Program-made: the position numbers and the translations under genes
Origin: Malacoraja senta
Lineage: Eukaryota
Direction of reading: 5' to 3'
DNA: 39,567 nucleotides
Assembly: GCA_038087875.1 (NCBI GenBank)
Contig: JAXLNO010004914.1
Span: 1 to 39,567 of the forward strand
The notes under the pieces: generated by a model
What the model was told of the DNA's origin: nothing
What the model saw: the letters and a program-made list of their open reading frames with translations, nothing else
Databases searched by the model: none
Shown here: positions 9,336 to 20,726 of the stretch, piece after piece
Layout: the number at the start of each line of letters is the position of its first letter
How positions within the stretch are numbered: the stretch's first letter is position 1

Positions 9336-9874
9336 TTTCTATTAAATAAACTAAATTGGAAGACAGGTATTGACTGATGCATCTTCACGCCAGCTGTCAA
9401 TGTCATAAACTGTGAGAATTGATTGCAAATGTTATACAATATTATAAACTAAACTGGGTGATCAAAATGTCAAGATGGATGAAGAGCAGAGTTTTCATTG
9501 AAATAACAGACGTGCAGCTTTCTCGAGCACTTGGCCTTGGTTGTGTAATATTTCCTCTTCAAAATACAATGTTCCCTGGCATTGCTGGTCTGAGACACCA
9601 TTCAGCAAGTATATTTCCGGAAACGGAGGTTCTGCTTTCATGGTATCAAGATGTCTAACAGCTCCAACACCCAGATCAGAACCTTGCCAAAACTAAGAAT
9701 GCAGCAACAATTTAGTCATTGCACATCAACGACATGCATATTTGAACTGAGGCAATCGTTAGCTTATTATCACTGTAAACCAGTTGTGGTCATGGGTCTG
9801 CCATTGTGGTCACTATTAGTGAGGGTGATTAACTATCATTTAGCAGTGAAACGGAAAAGAATTGGCTTTTCAAG

Positions 9875-10400
9875 CCCATAGAGTCATACGGCATGGAAAT
9901 GGGCCCTTTGCCTCAACTTGGCCATGCCAACCAAGATGCCATGTTTAAACTACAATTTTCCTGCAATTGACCCATATCTCACTGAACCTTTCCTATCTAC
10001 AGTATGTACCTGTCCAAGTGTGCTCTAAATGTTTTTTAATACCTGCCTCAACCTTCCCCTGGAATGTTCTTCCATATTTCCACTTCCTCTGGTTCCGAGT
10101 AACTCGTTTCCTTCTCACCTTAAATTCTTGATTACACGAGGCTGGTTAAAAGATTCTGTGCATTCAATCTATCTATGCTCCTTGATTTTATAAACTTCTA
10201 TAAGATCACCCCTCAGCCTCTTGCGTGCCAAGGACTAAAGTCCAAGCATTCTCATCCTCTCCCTGAATCACAGGCCCTGTTAATGACATCCTTCCGATAG
10301 TGGAGTGACCAAAACTTAACACAATACTCCAAATGTGGCCTCACCAACATCTTGTACAACTGTAGCAGAACATCCCAACTTTTTTATTCAATACCTTTCC
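9875..10400 (-). mobile_element. CR1 3' fragment, decayed
   Basis: CATAGAGTCATA tail, TATAAGATCACCCCTCAGCCTC, ACAATACTCCAAATGTGGCCTCACCAAC (CR1 ORF2 C-terminus on -). Confidence 0.75.
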
Positions 10401-10882
10401 TTTAAAATCTTTTTAATGCTTTTTTCCAAAAAACAAAAACAAAAATAAAACATAAAAAACAGAGCAAAAAGAATAATGATAAACATAACAATGGTATTGA
10501 TACATAGGGATCAGGATTAAACACATTAATAACAGGTATAACCTAATATGAGACCAGTGTCAAAATACACATTGAATATAGACCTCTCGGTCTTTATGTA
10601 AATGTAGTTAAATATTTAAAAGGAAACATAAATGTTTTAAAAAAGCAAAGATAAAAAGACAAAAAGAAAAAGAAAAAACAAAACCCCCCTAAACTAAAAA
10701 AATAAATAAAAAATTGATAATAATAAAATAAGAATACAAATAAAATAAATAAATAAATAAAACAAAACAGAGCAAAACCGAATCTGAACTGAGAAATTCA
10801 ACAATTTAAGTCTGTTTGTCGTCAAGTCCGTACCACCCTATGAAGGTAAAATAATTTTTATAAAGGTTAAAGAGGGAACAAT

Positions 10883-13800
10883 TTATGTTGTATGAAAGTG
10901 TTCTATAAATTTTCCCCAAGTCTTATCAAATTTAACCAAGGGTTCAACAATGTCACTTCTGATTTTTTCTAAATTTAAACATGATATTGTTTCAGAATAC
11001 CACTGGAGTGCGGTCGGAGGGTTGGAATCTTTCCATTTAAAGAAAATAAATCTTCTGGCAATTAATGTGGTAAAAGCAATCAACTGATGGGCGGAGTGGG
11101 ACAAATGAATAGAATCTAACATTGGTAACCCAAACATTGCAGTAATAGGATGAGGTTGTAAATCTATACCTAAGACTACCGAAATAGAATCAAAAATGTA
11201 TTTCCAATATTTTTCCAAAAGAGGGCAGGACCAAAACATATGGGTCAGTGATGCCACTTCAGAATTACATCTGTCACAGGTAGGATTTATATGACCATAA
11301 AAACGAGCTAACTTATCTTTTGACATATGAGCTCTGTGGACCACCTTGAATTGTATCAAAGCGTGTCTTGCACACATTGAAGAGGTATTAACTAATTGAA
11401 GGATCCTCTCCCATTTCTCTATAGATAAAGAAATTTGGAGTTCTCTTTCCCAGTCATTCTTAATTTTATCAAATGTATCTATTTGCAATTTTAAAATCAA
11501 CTCATGATTAGTCGTTATTAATCCTTTCTGATAAGGGTTCAACTGTAAAAAAAATTCCAAAATTTCGGGTTGATGTGGTAGCGGAAAAAGGGGTAGTTCC
11601 TTTTGTCTAATTTGTAAATATCTAAAAAAGTGTGAATTAGGTAAGTTATATTTATTGGAGAGTTGTTCGAAAGACATAAAACAACCCTCCAAAAACAAAT
11701 TACGAAAAGCTACTAATCCCTTCCTCTTCCATAACAAAAAAACTTGATCAGTACTAGATGGTTGGAAGAGATATTTGGATAAAATCAGATCGTCCAAAAA
11801 ACGTATGAAATTGAAACCGTATTCGGAACGTATGTCTTATTATTGGGTTCATCATATATTTATTCAATCTCGTAATTGTAAAAGGTAACGAGGCCCCTAG
11901 AATAGAAGCCAATTATAGACCTTGTAAGGAATCACATTCTAGGTTTATCCATCCAGGGCATTGGGTATCTTCTAAATCTTTTGTCCAAAATGTTAAATAA
12001 CGAACATTGACTGCCCAATAGTAGAGTCTAAGGTTCGGCAATGCCAAACCACCAACTTTTTTTGATTTCTGTAGGTATTTTTTACCTAGTCTGGGATTTT
12101 TATTCTGCCATATATATGAAGAAATGTTAGAGTCTATAATATCAAAGAAAGATTTGGCAATAAAAATTGGTATCGTCTGAAATAAATACAGAAATTTAGG
12201 TAAAATGAACATTTTAATAGCATTGATTCGGCCAATTAAGGATAAGGACATTGGTGACCATTTAGTGAACTGATGTTTAATATGGTCAATTAAAGTAATA
12301 AAATTAACTTTAAATAAATCCTTGTGTTTCTTGGTGATCTTAATACCTAAATAAGTAAAACTTTTGGTAGTCAATCTAAATGGAAGCTGTCCATAACTCG
12401 AAACAAAATTATTTAATGGGAAAGCTCACTCTTACTAAGATTTAGTTTATAACCAGAAAAACTATTTAATTGATTAAGTAATGCTTCTATTGCCGGAATA
12501 GATTTCTCAGGGTTAGAAATAAATAATAACAGATCATCTGCATAAAGAGATAGCTTATGTGTCTTATTCCCGCGGACAATACCAAAAATATTAGGGGATT
12601 CCCTAATAGCAGTGGCTAAAGTTTCCAAAGCAATATCAAATATTAAAGGACTTAAGGGATAGCCCTGTCTCGTACCTTGAAAGAGCCTGAAAAAAGGGGA
12701 TCTCTGATTATTAGTAAATACAGAAGCCTGAGGTATAAGATATATCAGCTTGATCCAAGAGATACATTTTGGACCAATCTTAACTTTTTCAAGTATATTG
12801 AATAAGTATTCCATTCTACTCTATCAATAGCCTTCTCGGCATCAAGAGAGATGACACATTCTGGGGTTTTATTAGACGCTGTATATACAATATTTATTAG
12901 TCTCCTAACATTAAAGAATGTGTAACGATTTTTAATAAAACCTGTCTGATCTTCAGAGATAATTTGCGGTAAAATCTTTTCCAATCTCATAGGTAATATT
13001 TAGGAACGAATTTTCAAATCTACATTTCACATTGATATAGGTCTATATGATGTCACTTCAGTAGGGGCTTTATCTTTTTTTAAATTAAAGAAATAGAAGC
13101 TTCATAAAAAGATTGTGGTAATCTATTCCTTAAAAAGGCATCTTTGAATACCTTGCATAGCCATGGAGACAATAAATTTGAGAAATACTTTAAAAATTCT
13201 ACTGTAAACCCATCTAAACTGGGAGCTTTACCAGAAGTCATTGAAAAAATTGCTTTCTGTATTTCTTCTTCCGTGATGGGTTCATCTAACAACAGAGACT
13301 CATTGTATGGTAAATTTGGTAAGTTCAGTTTCTTTAAAAACCCATGCATTATATTGGAATCAGTATGAAAATCTGATTGGGATAGGGAGGTATAAAATTC
13401 CTGAAAGGATTTATTAATTTCGTCATGGTCTACAGTTACTGTACCATCCCGTTTACTCACTTTAGTAATCTGACGCTTGGCCGACACTGCCTCAATTGAT
13501 TAGCAAGTAATTTACCAGATTTTTCGCCATTTATATAAAATTGACTTTTGGTTTTAAGTAACTGGTTCTCAATCGGTGATACTAATAACAAATCATATCT
13601 CAATTGAAGTTCAACTCTATTCTTATAGAGCTCTAAACTAGGAGCTTTTGAATATTTTTTATCAATTTCTTTAATCTCGTCAGCCAATGTGCGTATTTCT
13701 TTTTGTGTTTGTTTTTTTAATCCCGCGGAGTATGAAATAATTTGTCCACGAATATATGCCTTAAAAGCATCCCAAACTATACCATTGGATATCTCTTCAT

Positions 13801-14632
13801 TAGAGTTTGTCAAGAAGTAAAAAGCAATCTGATCTTTCATAAACTTAATAAAGTTTAAGTCTTGAAGCAAAGTAGCATTAAATCGCCATTGTTTAGCACT
13901 AAACTTGGAATCAGGTAGTTTGATCAATAGTTTCACTGGTGCATGATCAGAAATAGCAATTGCATCATACTCACATGCAATGACCAATGGAACTAGCCGA
14001 GAATCTAGTATAAAATAGTCGATATTAGAATAACTATGATATACATGAGAGAAAAATGAAAATTCTTTGTCATTTGGGTGTAAGAATCTCCAAATTTCTA
14101 ACATTCCCGAGTCAAGTAAAAAAGAATTAATAAAATTAGCTGATTTATTTGGAAGCACATGATCAGATGTAGACCTATCAATCGAGGGATTCAAACAGCA
14201 ATTGAAGTCTCCACCCATTATTAAAAAGTGTTCATTTAAGTTAGGAAAGGATGCAATTAACTGTTTAAAAAACTCAGGGTGATCAATATTTGGTGCATAG
14301 ACATTCACCATAGCGACATTTTGCCTATAAAGGACACCGGTAATCACCAAGAATCTGCCATATGGATCAGAAATTGTTTCATGGTGAACAAACGGAATTG
14401 AGGAGTCAATAAAAATATAGACTCCTTTCACCTTAGCCTGTGAATTTGAATGAAACTGCTGTCCTCTCCAAAACTTGAAAAATCGTGACTTGTCATCTTG
14501 CCTTACATGAGTTTCCTGAACAAAGATAATCTGAGCATTTAGTCTGTGAAGAACCTTTTTTTAAAAAATCCTCTTAATGGGATGGTTCAAGCCATTCACA
14601 TTCCATGAAAGGAAATTAGTAACTTTATCCAT
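10883..14632 (-). pseudogene. L1 element A ORF2 (endonuclease/reverse transcriptase), multiple frameshifts and stops
   Basis: MDKVTNFLSWNVNGLNHP; NVYAPN, GGDFN, SNIDYF, SDHAPV (APE); SLDAEKAIDRVEW, GTRQGYPLSPLIF, LYADD (RT); CDRC...HMFWSC (zinc knuckle). Confidence 0.92.
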
Positions 14633-14715
14633 ATTGCTTGTATAAATCATGTGGGATGTAATGGGTTAATTTCTTGAAGCCTAAAAGTTCATAATACTGG
14701 AAGAAGAAAAATCTA

Positions 14716-14749
14716 GGGCGGAGCCAGAAGTGACGACATTTCAGCCAAT
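14716..14749. promoter_or_regulatory. GC-box / ETS-CRE-like / CCAAT cluster in the L1 inter-ORF spacer
   Basis: GGGCGG (14716-14721), CAGAAGTGACG (14725-14735) and CCAAT (14745-14749), 85-120 bp upstream of the ORF2 ATG. Confidence 0.4.
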
Positions 14750-15249
14750 TTTGTAGTTCAGAATTTGCACAAATGGAGATCACTAAATAGGGAACAAAAG
14801 ACCCCTCCCCCTTTCCCCCTCCCACCCCTGTAGAACCCGAAACTGACCAAAAGACAGTCAGCAAACTACCTAATCCCCTCCCCAATCCCATCTCTCCCAG
14901 TAACAGCGCTCAGCATAAAAAGAATAATATTTAACCACTACGTCATAACACATTCGTTATTATCTCTTTGAGAGAGAAGAAGAAAAAAATACAGACTGGC
15001 ATGGAATGCTGCTTATTATTATCCAAGGTCAAGATATGAAAAACAAGAACTGCGTTCTCTTAGTTTGTCTAACGACAGGGGAACACGAATTAACAAAGAA
15101 ATTCTTAAAAGAATATATATAAAAGAAAAACAACTCGTCCAGTTAAATTCTTAATCATTACCCAACGAAATGTTGTCAAAATAGGAACAGTAAATCTCCA
15201 ATTATAACTTAATCAGGTATCAATTACTCCCCTTCCTCGTCGTAGCTCT

Positions 15250-16084
15250 TCAGAAAGCTGGAGGCGTCTTGAGGACTGTTAAAAAATCGAAAGTTAACAT
15301 TGAAAAGCCGAATACGCAATCTAGCTGGTGATAATAAAGCTGGGCGCAGTTTTTCTTATACAAATCAGACATTACATTATAAAATGTCTTTCTTATTTCC
15401 AAAAGCTCGTAACTATAATCAGGGACAAACCGAAACTTACATCCTTCATATTCAACCACACCAAACTTTTTTGCTGCCAGGAGAATATTCTCCTTCATTT
15501 GAAAAAAATGAAACCGAATGATCAAGTGTCTCGGTTTATTACCGGATCTCTTCCCAATCCTGTGTGCCTTATCCATGAACGGAAGGTTTTCATTGTGCTC
15601 AATGTTGAATGTTTCCTTTATCATTTTAGAAGCATATTTTATAACGTTATTTCCTTCTTGGCCTTCCGGCAAACCAACAATTCGTCAATTCAAACGACAA
15701 CTTCTGTTTTCTAAGTCCATATTTTTAGACTTGTATTGCTGAAGTGTTTTCATTCATTCTCCGTTCCAATTTTTCAATCTTCAAATCTCTCTCCTGTCCC
15801 AGGGTGCGCAAGATATCAATTTGATCCTTTTGTTCTCGAAGTTCATCTTGTAACAAAGACAGTTTTCCTTGGACTTCCTTCAATTTGGTCGAAACTCCTT
15901 TCACCATTTCTTCCAAACTGCCAAATCTTGTTTTCATTTCATTTTTCAGCTCATTTTTCAATTCATCGTTCATTTTCGATATTGCTTCTATGATGCTGGA
16001 TTCAGAAGCTGCAGCTGTGGTTGTGGCTTTCCCCAGTTCCTTCTTTGGGGATCCTCCTTTCCTTCTTGTCTCCATCCTTTTCAT
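15250..16084 (-). pseudogene. L1 element A ORF1 (coiled coil plus RRM/CTD), disrupted
   Basis: MKRMETRRK...heptad-rich region; LPEGQEG...DKAHRIG...KPRHLIIRFHFFQMKENIL...RFVPDYS. Confidence 0.85.
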
Positions 16085-16170
16085 GATTAAGGCGTGTAAA
16101 AGTGTTATCAACACTTTATGAACAGTTAGACGGTGTCTTGAAGTCAAATAGTCACCAGTAACATTGAAAG

Positions 16171-16741
16171 GGTAGTGAGGGGAGCAGAGAGGATCATTGG
16201 CGTCTCCCTACCCTCGGTACAAGAACTGTTCCAGAGCCGCTGTCTGAAAAAAGCTCAGAGAATTGCTAAGGACAAACTGCACCCCCTCCACATACACCTG
16301 GATGTCCTGCCATCAGGCAAGAGATATCGCAGCATCAAAGCCCGGACTACAAGACTGCTAAACAGCTTCCTGCCATATGCTGTGAGGCTGCTAAACAGCC
16401 ACTCTGTACTCACAGTCACCTGATTCTGCGGCTTGGCACGGACACTTTAATAACTGGCACTGGCCACTTCAATAACTGGCACTGGCCACTCAAATCAGCT
16501 GACCCGGTCATGTTTATGATTGTTTATGTTTTACTGTATTTTAACGTTGTTTTTACCTACGTTTTAACTATTTATACTGTTCCATCAGGGACTGGATTGT
16601 TTTTAGTGTTATTATGTGTGAAATGTTTTAAATTTCATGTGCGATGCTCCGGTATTCCGTGGGAAACGTCTTTTCATTTTGCACTGTACAACTGTTGCTT
16701 GCAAGATGACAATAAAGGTTGACTGATTGATTGATTGATTG
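16171..16741 (+). mobile_element. 5'-truncated Rex1/Babar-type LINE with (GATT)n tail
   Basis: GAERIIGVSLPS...LPSGKRYRSIKARTTRLLNSFLPYAVRLLN; (GATT)n tail at about 16723-16745; ATTGAAAG at 16163-16170 and 16742-16749. Confidence 0.8.
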
Positions 16742-17349
16742 ATTGAAAGAGTGGTCAGTGGAAGTTAAAAGTTAAGGGAGCAAACGAGTTTGCAACCTTG
16801 CAGCATGCTGCCACTAGGAGAGTCTAGTTATTGACATGTTATTGATGTTCATGATTATTCTGTTCTTTGTGCCTGGCCATTTTGACTTTGTCACATTTTA
16901 CTTGGTTTATGATATTGTACAAGATTTGCAATCACACCTCCCAATTGACTAAAATTATCCCAATTAACTAAATGCCTACTATGGCATTTAAATTATTGCA
17001 TTATATTCAGTGCAGGGTAGAAGCTGCAGTTTTTTTAAAAGGGCAAGTTTTTATTACATACTATGTGGTGTGTGCCTGGAAAGCACTGCCAGGGATGGTG
17101 GCGTCTGGGGTGCACCTTCATGGGTGCATGGAGATGCAGGGGTTTGAGGGACATGAATCATTTGCAGGCAGATGCTGCCTAACTGGTGTCTGTCCGACTG
17201 ATCTGGAGGGATCTGATGGTCAGGCAGGGAATATTTCCAGTGACCCAATGGTGCTGAGTTCGCTGAATTTTACGGTGAATGGGAATGCCCCTGTAATAGA
17301 GGAACAGGTCCTTTGTCCAACAACGTTTGTGCTGAACATGACACAACCT

Positions 17350-17585
17350 GAGGCAGAGTGGCGCTGCTGATAGAGCTGCTGCCTCAGTGCGTCATACACA
17401 TCAGTTCAATCCTAACCTCGTTTGTCGGCTGTGTGAAGTTTGCATGTATTCCCTATGGGTTTCCACTGTCCTCCAGTTTTCACACACATACTAAAGATGC
17501 CAGGTGTTATGGGTTAATTGGTCTCTGTAATTTGACCCTAGTGTGGAAGCGAAAGTTAGATAACATAGAACTTGTGTGAACGAAA
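17350..17585 (+). mobile_element. V-SINE, decayed
   Basis: GGCAGAGTGGCGCTGCTGATAGAGCTGCTGCCTCA...GTGTGAAGTTTGCATGT. Confidence 0.65.
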
Positions 17586-17609
17586 CTATTTGAAGGAGTA
17601 TTGAGTTTT

Positions 17610-17860
17610 TTGTTTAGTTTAGAGAGAGAGCATTGAAACACACTTCGGCCCCACTGAGTCCGCACCAACCAACGATCACCCACATAAGCTAGGGACACAA
17701 GTCAATTAACCTACAAACCTGCACATCTGTCTTTGGAATGTGGGAGGAAACTGGAGCACCTGGAGAAAACCTATGCAGTCACAGGGAGAAGGTACAAATT
17801 CCGTACAGACATCACCCGTGGTCAGGATCAAACCCAGGTGTCTGGCGCTGTGCCTTTATA
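17610..17860 (-). mobile_element. V-SINE
   Basis: TTTAGTTTAG tail, AATTAACCTACAAACCTGCAC, GGAGGAAACTGGAGCACCTGGAGAAAACC, CAGGATCAAACCCAGG. Confidence 0.75.
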
Positions 17861-18744
17861 TCTGGACGGAAGATGTTATGTGGGATGAATCAACAGTTAA
17901 AGCAAATAAACTAGTTCCATCTTTCTGAGTTCTGTTCTCTGCTATGCCATTTCTTTGTTGTCTAATATTTAATTTCCCTCCTCAGATTATCAAAATATTC
18001 AACCAAAGCAGAACGTGCACTGCTAACCAATCGCTGAGTAGAAGATTTCATGGATGTGATTAAAATGCAGGAACTGAAATAAATGGAAAGAGTTAAATTA
18101 AGTTTATCAAACATGACAGAAATTCTCAATAGACTGCCCTGCATTTGTACAAATTAGAGCTATCTAGCAATTTATATTGATAACAGCTGATATAACTGAG
18201 GCCTCAACTCCTTTACTGTGCTTATTCCACATAAGACACAATTCCCTGGTCTTTTAGAATATATCCACGCATTATCCATCAATTCACCACCACATCATGC
18301 CTCTTTAATACATTCATAAGGTTAACTCTGTTTCTTCTCATCTACAAGGGACACAGAACCAGTGATTTCAGCCATTCATGGTTAGGCAATACTTGCTTAT
18401 TCCAGAAATCTCTTCTAGCTGATATCCAATATTAATATATCCTTTCTTAAATTTGAGGACCAAGCTGTGCACAGTGCTCCTGATATGTCCTTAGCAACAT
18501 CATGTACCATAATTACAATAGTAACCTACTTTGAACGCCAATATGCTAATCACATTCTGCGTTGTGTGCTGCATCTACCTGCTGGCTTTTTGTTTTGCAC
18601 TTTAAGCACTTGAATCTCTTGTACTCCACTCATTTGCTATCTCACTCCATTTAGATAATAGCTTCCTTTTAATTGCTCTTACCAGAGTGTGTGAGCACAT
18701 ATTTTCCATTATTAAACTCCATTTGCCATGTTTATGTTCATCTA

Positions 18745-19700
18745 ACAAAGAGTCATAGAGCCATATAGCATGGAAGTAGGTACTTCAGCCTAATGCTCCA
18801 AGCTGAACAAGATGCTACATTTAGGTTAGTCACATTTGCCAGTGTTTGGCCCACATTCCTCTCAACATGTTCTATCCATGTACCTGTCCAAGTGTCTATT
18901 CAATGTTGTTATTCTGCCTTCGCTGGCAGCTCATTCCATACACCCAGTAACCTCTTAGTAGAAAAGGTTGCCTCTCAGGTTCCTACTTAATCCTCCTCCT
19001 CACCTTAAACCCAGGGGTGCAGTGCTGCCGGAGCTCACCTGAGCACCGATCCGGCACCTCTGTTAAAGAAAAAATAAACAGCGTGGAATTTTAACTAGCG
19101 GATGTGTGGTCGGGGTAACCTGATTAAAAGAGGGGTAAGGGGAAGATCCATCACTACTGAGGTTCCCTGTAGGAGGAGGGAACACTATGATGCAGCAGAG
19201 ACAGACCATGTGATGTGTGCATAGTTTGTGGTTGTGGGCCTGGAGCTGAGCCTGGAACTCTGGTGGGTGAGTGGGTGAGTGGGTGGGTGTGTAGGTGAAT
19301 GGGTGTGAGGGTGAGAGTGTGTGTGTGTGTGAAGGCCCAGAGCTGCAGGATAGTCAGGGCGAGTCGGTGTCTTGCCGGCACCTCTGTAAAAAGACATGAT
19401 AACCGTATTTTTCTTTACTTGCTTCATAATTATATTTCATGATAATCAGTGAGTGCAACCGTGCAATATTTTGTCATAATTAAATTAAGTATTATATGTT
19501 TTAATGTACTAGCTATACACTGGGATGTAGTAATAGGCTATAATCTTGTTTGACCCTCTAGGGAGACTAGCTTGCCCCCCCCCCCCCCCCAGCAAAATCT
19601 GAAATGCCCGTTTGACAGCTCCGACACCTAAAAAATTAGCATTGAATACTGCTTAAACCTGTTTTTGCCGGTTCTTGATTACCCTACCCTGGGTAAAATA
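18745..19700 (-). mobile_element. CR1 3' fragment split by the hAT element
   Basis: AGAGTCATAGAG tail. CTCACCTTAAACC (left) rejoins TGTTTTTGCCGGTTCTTGATTACCCTACCCTGGG (right) once 19012-19651 and one TSD copy are removed. Confidence 0.7.
19012..19651. mobile_element. Non-autonomous hAT DNA transposon (640 bp), 8-bp TSD CTTAAACC
   Basis: CTTAAACC at 19004-19011 and 19652-19659. Imperfect TIRs CAGGGGTGCAGTGCT / AGCATTGAATACTG. CCGGCACCTCTGT repeated at 19051 and 19375. No transposase ORF. Confidence 0.8.
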
Positions 19701-20726
19701 AATCCTGATCAATCGCCCTCATGATTTTAGAAAGCTCTCTAAGCACCAATTAAATGGTTTCAATTATAGATAGAGTAAGACTTTGTGGTTATTTCCAACA
19801 AGAATTTTAGACTAAAGAAAGGCCAGTGGAAGTACTTGGTCAAACAGCATCTGTGGAGGCAAATGACATATACCAACATTTCAAGGCAAGGCACTGCATT
19901 AGAATTGAAGGAGAGGATGGGAAGATTCTAACAGTTTGAAGGAGGAATGGGGCAGAGGCTGGTAAGTGGCAGGTGGAATCAGCTGGGGAGGGGATGATGG
20001 GCAGATGGAGCAAAGTTGGTGTAGGGGTGGTTGTGGGAGAACAAATGAACACCAGTGGTATGGATAAGCTGAAATGTGAAAACTTTATATTCATACCATC
20101 GGCTTGTAAGTTACCCAGGTGGATTATCAGATATTTTACTTAAAACTTTCTGTGCCCAAGGTTAACGACAGATGGGTGAGTGTGAGAGTGGGAAGGGGTA
20201 TTAAAATACCATACAACAGATCTCAGGATGACCTTTACTTCAAAGGGATGTGCTGTACAAAATGGTTGACATCTAAGCTAGTTTCTCCACAGTGTGAGCA
20301 ATGAATGCAGTAGAGAAAGTTGATAGAGGTGCAAGTGAACCTCTGTCTCATTTGAACAGTTTATTCTCCTGTTGTTCACCTCTTCCTCCTCCTCTCCTAC
20401 CTGTTTCCATCTACCCATTATCCTCTCCCCACCTGGTTCTACGTTTGATCTACCAGCCTCTGTCCTATCCCTCCCCGATTGCTATATATTGGCAATTCAT
20501 CCTCTTCCCTCACAGGCCTGGTGCAGGTTCTTGACCCTATTTGTTTTTTGTTTTTTTTTATTATTTTATTTTTAAGAAAGAAAAGAAAGAGAAGAAAAAT
20601 AAAAAAATAAAAAAGGAGAAAGATAGTTAAAGAAGAATGGAAAAATTTATTAAAATAAAAAACTTCATTCGAGATATATTCGTACATTTCAGAGTATAGC
20701 ATTTCATCCATTCTTTAGCCCGAGTG

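Larger units (their letters stand above)
10403..16824 (-). mobile_element. L1 element A, near full length and decayed; interrupted by a Rex1 copy in its 5' UTR
   Basis: ORF1, about 620-bp inter-ORF spacer, ORF2 (APE endonuclease, RT, CCHC) and T-rich 3' UTR. The 5' end GACTCTCCTAGTGGCAGCATG at about 16824 is tentative. No TSD found. Confidence 0.9.

Noticed and set aside
10380-16850. TSD for L1-A
   Set aside because: No matching repeat between the 3' flank (about 10385-10402) and the presumed 5' flank (about 16825-16840); the boundaries remain approximate
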